Below, in pieces: positions 26,023 to 37,896 of a DNA stretch of 64,000 nt. Each line of letters starts with the position of its first letter. Positions within the stretch are counted from its first letter, which is position 1. Origin of the DNA: Felis catus (lineage: Eukaryota); assembly GCF_018350175.1 (NCBI RefSeq), contig NC_058368.1, forward strand, positions 101,496,001-101,560,000, in the 5' to 3' direction. Position numbers and translations under genes: made by a program. The notes beneath the pieces were generated by a model. That model saw only the letters and a program-made list of their open reading frames with translations. It had not been told where the DNA came from and did not search any database.

Positions 26023-26260
26023 AAAAAGTTAATCTTAAAATTTCTTTCACGTCTAATTTTGTGTTTGCAAAAGACATTGATTAACGTGTTCAGCATGAAA
26101 AGATAACCGTAGGAAATGTTCATGCTTGATATTACAGATTCACGAAACAGTCTGTATGTACTGCAGCAATATTTGGGAAAGTAGGTGGAGTATTAATCAG
26201 CATTTAAAAAGATTTAGAGTTGCTCATTAATATTTGAAAGCCTTAGCTGGCTCTGGGAGG

Positions 26261-26474
26261 TTTTTTTTTTTTAACGTTTATTTATTTTTGGGACAGAGAG
26301 AGACAGAGCATGAACGGGGGAGGGGCAGAGAGAGAGGGAGACACAGAATCGGAAGCAGGCTCCAGGCTCCGAGCCATCAGCCCAGAGCCCGACGCGGGGC
26401 TCGAACTCACGGACCGCGAGATCGTGACCTGGCTGAAGTCGGACGCTCAACCGACTGAGCCACCCAGGCGCCCC
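26261..26474 (-). mobile_element. Young SINEC_Fc-type SINE
   Basis: CpG-intact body; TSD ctgggaggtttttt. Confidence 0.96.
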
Positions 26475-27494
26475 ACTGGGAGGTTTTTTATGAGGTAGAA
26501 GATACTATACTGATAAGTTCTCAGACTACCCTGTTTCATCTAGTTGCAATCTAAGAGAAGGTCAGTTGGCTCCATAACATATTAAATTACTGGGCCATGA
26601 AGATGAGAGAATCTGATTTTCTGTTTTCTGTTTTGAAGATTCATCAGCAATCATCAAATGAGAAGTATGCCAGTGGCCTACATTTCTGTTCATCGAATCA
26701 GATTATGTCTAATGTTTTTTGTATTTAGCAGCTCTTTTTTATCTTTATTAGTGGATGTTACTACATCAAAATTGTAATTGCTTATGAAAAGCAAGGCAGT
26801 TGATGAAGCTTATTTATCTCCTCTTGAGGATAATTTAAAGATACATCACTTTAATAAATTCTGCCTTTTAAATATAGATATTGAAGTCAGTATGCCCAGA
26901 ATAATGATAGAGTCAAACATAATTTGGAAATATTTTGTTAGTATTTGTGCACTTTCATGCAGTTTTAAGCACATTAACTAAATCCGGGTCTATTCATTTT
27001 GGTTGTAGAAGGTTTAGGGTTTCAGTTAAAGGGGTAGTATCTCTTATAAAAGTTAAAACATCCTTAAGCCATATAGATCATTATTTAATTCATGTTAAAA
27101 GGAAGCGTATGCCAGCCATATTTGTATGAAACTTTTTTCTCTCAGTAGTTTTGTTATCTCTGGATGCCTCATTTTGAAGTTTTCACGCTGTGTTTTTCCA
27201 TTCTCTTCCTTGTAGTTTTTGAACTTAAAACTTCTGAGAGAAATGTTCTCTTATTGCTATCAACTGCATCAATAGGTATAATACTCTACCAGGATTATGT
27301 GTGGGCTTTTAGCAACTGGGGTAGCTTTAATGGACGCTCTGAATCTTGTATCTGCTTATATTTGTTTTTGCGTGACAATTAGACATCAGAAATCAAAAAA
27401 ATAAATTTGTTAAGTATGGGTAGTGAACTGCATGGTATCTGTTTTGTATTTAGTATTACATAGTTCAGTTTCTTTTGCTTTAAATTTCTTTCTT

Positions 27495-27547
27495 TATTAT
27501 TATTTTTTTAAATTTTAGAGAGAGCATAAGCAGGGGAGAGGGGCTGG

Positions 27548-27606
<59 letters not shown>

Positions 27607-27729
27607 TCTTAAGCAGTTTCCACATTCAGTACAGAACCTGATGCAGGGCTCTATCCCACGACCCCGGAATCTTGACCTGACCTGCAGTCAAGAGTTGGAC
27701 GCTCAACTGACTGAGCCACCCAGGCACCT
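27495..27729 (-). mobile_element. SINEC SINE with expanded (GA)n
   Basis: GA run ~27550-27600; ends ctgagccacccaggcacc. Confidence 0.9.
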
Positions 27730-28377
27730 CACATAGTTCTGTTTCTAACGTGACTTAACTTTTCGCTTGATTTCCTCACTTGAAATTTTTCTCACTTGTT
27801 TTGTGGTGTGTTTATTGAAAACTGCCCTCAATTCGATAACAAGGTTGGCTTTTTAATAAAGTACAAGTGTTATCTGGTTTTTAGGATAGATTGTTCCTAA
27901 AAATGTACCTGTAAAGTAATTTAGTGAGAAAATAACAATACACTTTTCAGTGGTTCTTAACTTTTTTAGGATCATATAATGTTCTGACGATCTGTTGCAA
28001 ACTGTGGATTCTGTCTTCAAATGCTCAGGAGGTCCCTGGAGTCCAGGTTAGGAATTCTACAACTGTTTCCAGTATTGGTAGACTCTGTTGTCATTCAAAA
28101 TAAACCAAACCAAAACAAAACAAAAACTATGATTTGTAGAAGCACTTAATACTTTACTTTTCAATAACTTGAAATATTCTTATCAAGTTTTGACAATATT
28201 TTTTAGTTACTTTAGGATGAGTTATGTATTTATTCACGGTAGAATTAACATTTTTATTAAGTTAATGACTATATTTGCCAAAAGCAAAGATGTATTAGTC
28301 TCTTGCCTCATATTCTAATATTTGAATTTTTCAATACCACTTTTTTTTCTTGAGGAAAAATTAAAAACCTGTCAATC

Positions 28378-28512
28378 GAGGTGCCTCGGTGGCTCAGTCG
28401 GTTAAGCGTCTGACTCTTGATTTTGGCTGAAGTCGTGATCTTACGGTTCATGGGATCGAGCCCTGAGTTAGGGTTTGCACTGGCGAGTGCGGAGCCTGCT
28501 GGGGATTCTCTT

Positions 28513-28570
<58 letters not shown>

Positions 28571-28642
28571 CTTCCCTGTGCCCTTCCCTTGCTCACGTGT
28601 GCTCTCTCTCAAAATAAATGAATAAACATTAAAAAAAAAAAA
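28378..28642 (+). mobile_element. SINEC SINE with expanded (CT)n
   Basis: ggtgcctcggtggctcagtcggttaagcg head; A tail; TSD aacctgtca. Confidence 0.92.
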
Positions 28643-30139
28643 CCAACCTGTCAGTAAGTTATAAAAGGGGAAAAGAAAATTCCTTTGTACAGGGTTGTCT
28701 AATCAGGGTCATAGACTGAGCCACCCAGGCTCCCTCACCTGTTGTCTTCTGTGGCTTGTTGAATGGTGAGTTTTGTGGGGCTTGTTGAATGGTGAGTTCC
28801 CTCCTCTACCCCAGGTTGGTTCAGGTTATGATCTGGCAACATTGAGGTGCTGTAGATACTGAGAATATAGGCTGGCAAAAGGGAGCAGTCCCATGCTGCC
28901 GATCCAGATAGAAAGGTAGCAGCTATACACTAGGAGGTAAAGTGGATAATAACATGAACTCAGGAATTCTACTTTTTGTTCATCATGTTCTAGCTATACC
29001 ACGCACATACAGACTTGTTGATGCTGGTCACGGTGGTGCGATTTCTTTACATGTTTGTTTCCTTCTTGGTAAAAGTAGGGGTTCGTTGTAATCCTACTTA
29101 CAGTTTTGAGAATTGATGGGCTCATCTATTTAAAGTACTTAGCATAGTAAGTGCTCAGCAAATAGCAACGATAGAAATTTTACATAAAAATATTGGCTTC
29201 TGGGTTTTCTGGAAAAATTGGAACATCTAGCTTCCTGAATGGCAGCAGTTGTTTACAGCTGAGTAATAGCTGCCCCTTTGGAATGGGGATTCGCTTTCCA
29301 GTTTGCTCTAGTCCCCAGTATTTCTTCTTGTCTTATTCTCTGCTTGATTCACCCATGTATATTATCTGCCTTACTTATTTGGACATTTGGATTTGTGACT
29401 CATGGTCTACTGGTGTTATAGCTGAAAAAATATCTTCACTTTTCAGAACCGATTTGTCTCTGGTGCTAGGATGAGTCAGTATGGAAAGCAGAAACGCAGA
29501 CAGTATTAACAGAGTACTTCAGGCGAGGGAGTGCCCTCTCATCCAGGAGATCCTTGGGAGCTCTGGTAGCGCACTGACTGGCATACGAGAATGAGGTTCA
29601 CTGAGGTGTTTCAGATGAACGAAGAGCCTGATGTTAGGGAGTCTGCTGATATGTACCTGGGAGGGCTCTAAATTGGAATCGTGCAACTGAAACCTGGAAA
29701 TGTTTAGAGACAGGAAGAACTCATTTATTAATCTGCACTATCTCTTGACTGTCCTACATGCCCAGTGGTGTGCTAGGTTCAGAGATCACAAAGTTACATA
29801 TAAGAGTACTTGTCATCAAATTCAACAGGCAGTTAAAATATTGCACATAATGTAAGAGTATCCTTAGAAGTCTCCTGGTGTAATTCAATTTTATAGTTAA
29901 TAAGAGAAGCATAGATGAAGCCTTGCCCAAGCCTTCACAACTAGTCGGTGTTCCAAGACTTCTTTTTTCTAATCCTCCGTAGGCAGGTAGCATCAAAGAG
30001 GTCTAGAAGGATATAGCAAGGATTCCCAAGACCTGGGAGAACTGGCATATTGGAGTAGGGTACAAAGATTGGGACTTAGGTATGAGGGAAGGTTATTTGA
30101 CCTTACATAGAAAATTGGAGCTCGAGATTCTTTTTGGGG

Positions 30140-30528
30140 ACTCAAAGAAGTAAGTGGCTATGTTGGAGAAACCCATGTGGCAATGTACTGTAGATAGCTT
30201 CTGGGAACTGTAGGTATACTGTGTAGGACCTGAGGGTATCCTCCACTTGGGAGCCAGCAAAAAGCACGGGCCCTTACTTACCATGGCAAGGATATGAATT
30301 CTGCCCGTAATCTGTAGGGGTTTGGAAGAGAAATCTTTCCTACGTCAGCCTCCAGATACAAATGCAGCCTAGCTGATACCTTGAATGAAGTCTGTGAAAC
30401 CCTGAGCAAATGACTCGGTTGAGCTGTGCCCAGACTTGTGATCCACAGAAACTGTGAACTAATAAGTGTGTATTGCTGTAAGCCATTGAGTTTTTGGTAA
30501 TTTGTTATAGTGCAGTAGAAAGCTAGTA
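30140..30528 (+). mobile_element. MaLR LTR 3' part (MLT1D/E/F-like)
   Basis: agcctccagat..gcagcc.agctgataccttga..gtgaaaccctgagca..ccacagaaactgtga..taagccattgagtttttggtaatttgttat. Confidence 0.8.
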
Positions 30529-30699
30529 GTTGTGATCACGTCCAAGTGTACCGTATTTTCCAGTAGAGTGCTAAAATAAACACATTGCTTTGCTGTCTCA
30601 TTTGAAATACACAGTCCTCACTCCACTGTGCTTTAGAAGCGTGACAGTCCCAGCAGTTTGTGGTTTGTGCTGCGTTGTGCAGCAGTGGGAAAGGGTAAG

Positions 30700-30975
30700 A
30701 GTGCCACATATGGTCTCTCATAACTACTCAGCTCTTGTAGCATGAAGCAGCTGTGGAGATATGTAAACAAATAAACATGGATTCATCCGTAACACAATTT
30801 ATTTGTGAACAATACAGTTTGAATGTCATATAATTTTCATGTGTCACAAAATATGATCATTCTTTTAATTTTTTCCCCCAGCCATGGAAAAATGTAAAGA
30901 CCATTCTGAGTCTGCAGGCTGTTCAAAACAAGCAGCAGGCTACATTTAGTCCGCAGGCTGGAATTTGTGGCTCTA
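30700..30975. mobile_element. hAT-Charlie MITE (MER58B-like)
   Basis: gccacatatggtctct..aactactcagctct..tttgaatgtcatataattttcatgtgtcacaaaat motifs. Confidence 0.7.
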
Positions 30976-32421
30976 GCGAATAGCCACACTTGTAGGCAAT
31001 TCTAACACTGTTGCTATAATAGGGGAGAGTACTAGCACTGTTTGAGATCCTTGGTAAGAGAATATTCTAACAAAAAATCTAATTTGTTAAAAATATTTTA
31101 AAGACTAAGAAATCTGTTATTACAGGTTTATGAAGTTTCTTGAATGTGGTGACCTGGATGGAGTAAAACAGGAAACAGCTTCATTTCTCACTAACCAGTA
31201 TTATTATATATCTACTTCGATTATTCCCCCTTTGCCACTCATAGATGGCGTCTCAGTGAGTTTCTATTGCTTCCTTGTCACGTGTTTATAAGAATAAGTT
31301 CACGTTTCGCAGTGGACTTATTTTCAGGTATTAAAAGTACCTGTTGCAATTTTGAAGTTCAATTTTAAGCTGATTGATTGCTTATTTCTACCCCTGTCTC
31401 CCCACGTCCCTCTTTCAGGTTTGGCTCTTGGCTCCAGAACTTTGGGGAAGGGATTTGGGTTTGTCTCGTGACTCTTTGTTCCCCCCATTCATTATGCTGG
31501 TTTGCTCCTCCCTGGTCCGTGTCTGGTAGAGGGGTACGAAGGAGAAAGGGCAATAATAGCCCTTTAATGTATGAAACACTTTCAAATGCAGGCAGGTTTG
31601 GTTCTTTGGAGGTTTCACAAGGACTTCTGTAAAACAAACAGCAGACCTAGAAATAGTGCATTTTGTGAGGCTATGCATGTATTATAAAAAAGGCATTACA
31701 AAAAAAGCATGCACACCAAACTGAAGGTAATTAATGGTTATTACTTCTGGGTAGGTAAGGGAGACGAAGGACAAGGGGTATGGGTATCCCAAGGGATATT
31801 TTTACTTTATTATTTGAATTCCTGTTATACAATGAATGTGTTTTGGGTGTTTGATTAAATATAAACAAAAAGCTACATATTGAAAATAACATGAAAAATT
31901 ATAAGAGGAAAATTACTTCTAGAAGTAATAGAAGTATAGAAGGGCCCTTTAAAACTTCTAAAATAAAATACTGATATGTTCCTTAGTTTTAAAAAAAAAA
32001 TTTAAGATAACTTTTATGATAATGTTATAGTAGGGAGAAAACATACTTTCAGCTAAAGCATTAATTGTTTTGGATGTGGGTTATTTCTCAAAGTCACATT
32101 TAAAAAATAAATAAAAGTCATACTTTGAAGTGTTCCTGACATATAATGTGATGCAGAGGTTTTAAGTATAGTTTGATGAGTTTAGACAAATGTATTCACC
32201 TTTGTAATCCTCTCACTTACGGTGTACATTTCTTTTCCCCAAAAAGTTCCCTCATGTTACTTTTCAACCAGACTTCCTAACACCCCAGGCAACACTGATG
32301 TGATTTCTGTCACCACAACTCATTTTTGCCGATTCTAGAACTTCATATAACTAGAATCATCACTCCAATATCTGAGAGATTTTTCTAAAAAAATTAAAAA
32401 TTTAAAATATATACAGAGCTT

Positions 32422-32588
32422 GGGGCACCTGGGTGGGTCAGGCAGTTGAGCATCCGACTTCGGCTCAGGCCATGATCTCGTGGTCTGTGAGTTCGAGCCC
32501 CGCGTCTGGCTCTGTGCTGACAGCTCAGAGCTTGGAGCCTGCTTAGGAGTCTGTGTCTCCCTCTCTCTCTGCCCCTCCCCCACTCATG

Positions 32589-32631
<43 letters not shown>

Positions 32632-32674
32632 AAAAATAAACATTAAAAAAAATATATATATGTATATATGTGTG

Positions 32675-32720
<46 letters not shown>
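32422..32720 (+). mobile_element. SINEC_Fc-type SINE with (TA)n grown from its tail/TSD
   Basis: Full body to ~32652, then (TA)n; flanks share acagagct. Confidence 0.93.
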
Positions 32721-33559
32721 CACACAGAGCTGTTGATATTTTCTGTTTCATCTTGTAACCATATGTTGGATTTTTCAAGAAATTTGTCCATTTTATTTGA
32801 CTTACCAAATTAATTGGCATAAAGTCGCTCATAATTATCCTTTATCCTTTTAAAACCTATAAGTTCTTCAGTGATATTCCTTCTTTCATTCTTGTTTTTT
32901 GTTTTTTGTGGATTTTCTCTTTTTATTTTTGGTTCTTTTTTCTAGGAGGAAATTTTCTAGGTCACTTTTATTGACCATTTTCAGAGAATGAATTTTTTGG
33001 CTTTATTTACTTTCTCTATTATTTATTTTCTATTTTATTGATTTTGCTCCCTGGATAATTTCTTTGGATCTCCTTTCAGGTTCATCGACACTTGGTTCTG
33101 CTTTATGCAATTTACTCTTAAGTGCATCCATTGAAGTTAGTTTTTCATTTGAGATATGAGTCTTTGAGTTTGCATTTTTTTGTTTGATATTTTGTCATTT
33201 ATCTGCTGAGAATTCCTGTGTTCATTCATTGAAACTATGTTTATGTACACGTCCATGGAATATTAACAGTAGCTCTATTAAAGTACTTCAAGTATTTCTA
33301 TTTTGCTCTTCTCTAGCTTTTTAAGAGGAAAACCTAGATCACTGCCTAAAAACTTCTTTTCTAATGTAGGCATTTAAAGCTTCTAATTTTGTTCTAAGCA
33401 TTGATCTATTTGCAGCTTATAAAATTTAATGTTTCATTATTACATTTAGTTTTTTTCTGATTTCTCATGTGACTTGTTTTTCACCTTATGAATTATTTAA
33501 GTGTATTTAATTTTCAAATATTTGTGGATTTTCTAGATATATAATTTTTGACTCCTTAT

Positions 33560-33625
33560 TTACTTTTTTTTAAAAATGTTTATTTATTTATTTTGAGAGA
33601 GAGAGAACACAAGTGGGAGAGGGGC

Positions 33626-33684
<59 letters not shown>

Positions 33685-33854
33685 GAGAGAAAGAAAGAGA
33701 ATGGAAATGAGTATCCCAAACAGGCTCTGCTCTGTCAGAGCCTGCACTGTCTGCGCAGAGCCTGACCTGGGGCTTGATCCCACGAACTGTGAGATCACAA
33801 CCTGAGCCAAAACCAAGAGTTGGATGTTCAACTGCCTGAGCCACCCAGGTGCCC
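33560..33854 (-). mobile_element. SINEC SINE with expanded (GA)n
   Basis: GA run ~33628-33700; ends gagccacccaggtgccc. Confidence 0.9.
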
Positions 33855-34400
33855 TAATTCTGTTTTGATGAGAGAATATGCTCTATAATATTTTAGTTAT
33901 ATGACACTTAAATTATGGTACTGCATATGATCTTTCTTGGTGAATGTTTAAAGGAAATAATATTCTGCAGTTTTTGGATGTTGTATTTTGTAAATAGTAC
34001 AGGGTCATTGATGGTAATATTTTGATCTACTCTATCAGTATACATCCTAATATTTTTGTCTTCTGCTTCATCATTTACTGAAACTACATTGTTAACATTT
34101 TCAACTATCATTGTCTTTTCCCTTTAGTTTTTTTAGTTTTTGTTTTGTTAATTTTAGTTTAATTTGCTCATACATATTTATGACTTTTATGTCAATTTAA
34201 TATTTTTGTATTATGAAATGGACTTCTACGTCTTTGGAGATATTCTTTTGTTTTGATATTTACTTTGTATGATAATATATAGCCTCTCAAGCTTTCTTAT
34301 CCTTGCTGTTTGCATAGTATATCTTTCTCCTTTTACTTTCAGTTTCTTTGTGTCTTTGTATTTGAAGTTGTTTTTAGAGATGCATATAGTTGGCTGTTGC

Positions 34401-34616
34401 TTTTTTTTTTTTTTCAACGTTTATTTATTTTTGGGACAGAGAGAGACAGCATGAACGGGCAAGGGGCAGAGAGAGAGAGGGAGTCACAGAATCGGAAACA
34501 GGCTCCAGGCTCTGAGCCATCAACCCAGAGCCCGACGCGGGGCTCGAACTCACGGACCGCGAGATCGTGACCTGGCTGAAGTCGGACGTTTAACCGACTG
34601 CGCCACCCACGCGCCC
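34401..34616 (-). mobile_element. Young SINEC_Fc-type SINE
   Basis: CpG-intact body; TSD ggctgttgctttttt. Confidence 0.96.
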
Positions 34617-34799
34617 GGCTGTTGCTTTTTTATATTGTCTGACTATTTTTGACTTTTGAGAAAATGGTCCATTTTCATTTTATGTATATTTTTAAGTCTA
34701 GTGTCTTGCTGTTAATTTCTCCTCTATCTTGTTTCTCTTTTGTTTTAATGAAATGTTGTTTACTGTTTTTATATTTTGTCTTAGCTTTTTGGCTATTCC

Positions 34800-35067
34800 T
34801 ATTGTAATTTATTTTTATATGTGGTCTAAGTGTTAGAATACATATATATATGTTATATGTATATGTGTTCTTTATACATATATATATATATATATATATG
34901 TAGCTACTTAATATTGAACCACATTATTCCTCACTAATATTGTAATTTATTTTTATATGTGGTCTAAGTGTTAAAATACATATATATATGTTATATGTAT
35001 ATGTGTTCTTTATACATATATATATATATGTAGCTACTTAATATTGAACCACATTATTCTTCACCAA
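34800..35067. repeat. 138/130-bp tandem duplication
   Basis: Copies start at 34800 and 34938; differ by four TA units and three substitutions. Confidence 0.95.
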
Positions 35068-36802
35068 TATAACAATCTGAAAATAATGTAATTTCATATA
35101 CCATCCCCCTATGTGTGTTTCCATATATTTTACTTCCATTTTTGTTATAAATGACCCTGAGAAATTATCTGTGCTTCAAACAGTATTTTTTAAGGAAATG
35201 AATACCATGCATTTCTGATTTCTAGTGCTCTTGATACCTTTTGAAATTTCCACATTTCCTCAATTTGTAGGTTAATGTTTTTCATGGAACTTGGGACAGT
35301 TTCAACCATTATTTATTAAAATGTTTTTTTTTTTTTCTGCCCCATTTTTTTTTTTTAAATGTAATAGAACTTTAATGGCTATTTAGTAGTTTTGAAGACC
35401 TCTTTTCTAATTTCAGTATCAGTCATCTTGGAGTCTCATTCCTTTGACAGCTTGGTTTCCTGACTGTGCAGGAAATCTGTTTATTTGCATCTCTGGTAAT
35501 TTTTAACTGTGTGCTAGACATTTGATTTCAGCTTTGTTAAGAGTCCGGGTCTTTTGTCTCTTTAAGTTTGTTGAGTTTCTGGAATGGAGTTAATTTAATT
35601 GGATTATTCTTAATCCTATCTAGGCTTGGTTTTAGGCTTTAGTTGGGCCAGTCTAGCGTAGTTTTGATTCTAAGGTATGGACCTTACTCTTAAGACCTGG
35701 CCTTTGTGGTGGGTCAGCTCAGTTCCTGGGACATTACTGAGATTTCTCCATCATGACTACATAGGAACTTAAAGCTCTCCCAGCACTGTGCAGCCTTTAG
35801 TATGTCCATTATTCATTTAACCCCATAGTAGCCATGATCTACTAGATATTCCAGAATATTGCCACCCATATGTGTAGTCTAGTTTTTTGCCCTACCACTA
35901 CCTACCCCCCAGCTCTGTACCACTGCCTCACCTTGTTTACCATGTCCTGCAAATTTCACTTGCTTCAGCAGTGACTCTGATCTGTGATCGCTTTGTACTA
36001 TCTGTGTTTCACCTGTTCGTGCTGTAGTCACAAAATTATTTCTGGCTAGAGAGCTTGGGTAAAGGTGGGACTGACGTTATGCATTTCCTTTTTCTCAGAT
36101 ATCACAGACCACAGTGCCTATTATCCAGTGCCTGAAAAAGATGTTTCCTAAGTTTTATCCACTTTTACAGTTATTTACAGTAGGACATAGTTTCAGTATC
36201 AGTTATTCTATTATATTTGGAAACAGAGTAAACGGTATGTGTAGAACTTATTTGGTTTTACATATACCAAACAGAGGCTTACAGTTTTATCTGCAAACTG
36301 TCAGTATGGCAAATATAATAAGAAAATGTATAAACACATTGGCTGTTAGAACTAGTTGCATATTTGAGGGATTGTTGGAAATTGATCAGAAAATACTGTT
36401 TGTTTCAACTTCTGTTATGATTGCATTGTGTACTCAGTTTCAGAAATAGGAATTAGACATGATATTGATATTCCTCCTGGTTTTCTTATGTTTTGACGTC
36501 AAAGCTTCTTTAGTTGCAGAGTAGGAATCCACTCAAATTGGTAGGAGGATTGCTTACGCTTGCAGAATTGAGGCATGTTAGATGGGTGAAATTCCTAGGG
36601 GAGATGAATGGGGAAGCCTCCTCCAAAAACTTTTTTTTTTTTTGACCTTTACTGTTTTCATGTATATGTTAGAAAATTAGAAAACATATCACCCTTCTCT
36701 ACTTCATGAGGTTGATTCCTGCCAGTATTTCTTAATCTTGTGAAATTACATTTATATTTTAAAGTCTAGTTCATATGTTCCATAAGAATTAATTGTTTCC
36801 TG

Positions 36803-36915
36803 AGGGTGAGCAATTGCTCCTGCAGTGAGTGGACTTGTGACTCTTGATCTCAGGGTTGTGAGTTCGAGCACCAGTTTGGGTGTATAGATTACTTAAAAAT
36901 AAAATCTTAAAATAA
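36803..36915 (+). mobile_element. Short old-type carnivore tRNA-SINE lacking the CT tract
   Basis: gactcttgatctcagggttgtgagttcgagc B-box region, A-rich tail; TSD aattgtttcctg at 36791 and 36916. Confidence 0.8.
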
Positions 36916-37468
36916 AATTGTTTCCTGTGATGGGTGGCAAGAATATTCTTTGTAGTACCACTTCTGAAGTACATTTCTGTATATAGGCAATGGGTAATAA
37001 ATATTTGAAATAATGAAGATCAAATGAGAATGTATATTCAGAAAGACCTTGAGAATTATTGTGTATGGACACGTGGAAGGACATTTTAAGTAAAGTCTTT
37101 CACTAATTTGCAAAATGTATTCTCTTTTTCTGCTTTTAAATGGAAAATCTTATATTGCCTTGCTGGTAAGAATTGAAATGATTTTAAGTTGGGAGGTCTT
37201 AAGTTAGTGAATGTATTATATTAGCTTATGAAATAGTACATTTTTATTACATTTTTAATTTTTAATACTTTTTCTTTGGTTTTGTGATCTCTTTGGTATT
37301 AAAGTATAGGACAGATAGTAATGGCCACTTTAAGTCTACTGTGGTTTGATTTAAGTGGGAATCCATAAATTGCAATAATCCATTGCCTAAACTTAATGTT
37401 ATTAATTTCCCCAGAACACATTCTTTTACTTCTCTAAGTTGACCAATTTTCCTTTCTTAATATTTTAG

Positions 37469-37718
37469 CTCTCTATGAATATCAGCTTACATCGTTGAAA
37501 GGATAATTTGGAAGACATGTTTTGCTGAAAGGACAACTGAGAAAAATTTTACGAATGGGATGAACACGCGCCAGTTAACAGACTACCTACTGCAATTTGA
37601 ATGTTAACAATTACCCACCTGGTACAGTTAACCTAGTGATGTACCTATTCTCACAATACCCTATTTCAGTGTGCTTGTCTTGATTAAAGAATTCAAAGTG
37701 GAGTACCGCAAACTTGAT
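37469..37718 (+). other. CSNK1G3: CSNK1G3 exon 2, 5'UTR part (250 nt)
   Basis: Pyrimidine tract and acceptor ttttcctttcttaatattttAG (AG 37467-37468); continuous with the coding start; resembles the human exon 2 leader as I recall it. Confidence 0.85.
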
Positions 37719-37896
37719 ATGGATAATAAAAAGAAAGACAAGGACAAATCAGATGATAGAATGGCACGACCTAGTGGTCGGTCGGGACACAATACTCGAG
37801 GAACTGGGTCTTCATCTTCTGGAGTTTTAATGGTTGGACCTAACTTTAGAGTTGGAAAAAAAATTGGATGTGGCAATTTTGGAGAATTACGATTAG
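37719..37896 (+). CDS. CSNK1G3: Casein kinase I gamma-3, exon 2 coding part (178 nt)
   Basis: [59 protein letters not shown](G): CK1-gamma3 N-terminus and Gly-rich loop; Kozak gatATGG; donor TAG|GTAAGA, phase 1. Confidence 0.98.

Larger units (their letters stand above)
32130..36200 (-). mobile_element. Fragmented old L1M sequence interrupted by SINEs
   Basis: T-rich antisense L1 motifs (ttctagaacttcatataa; aatttgtccatttt..aattaattggcataaag; agagaatatgctct); boundaries approximate. Confidence 0.65.

Noticed and set aside
31912..31929. 18-bp perfect palindrome attacttctagaagtaat
   Set aside because: AT-rich and next to short slippage repeats; no supporting context
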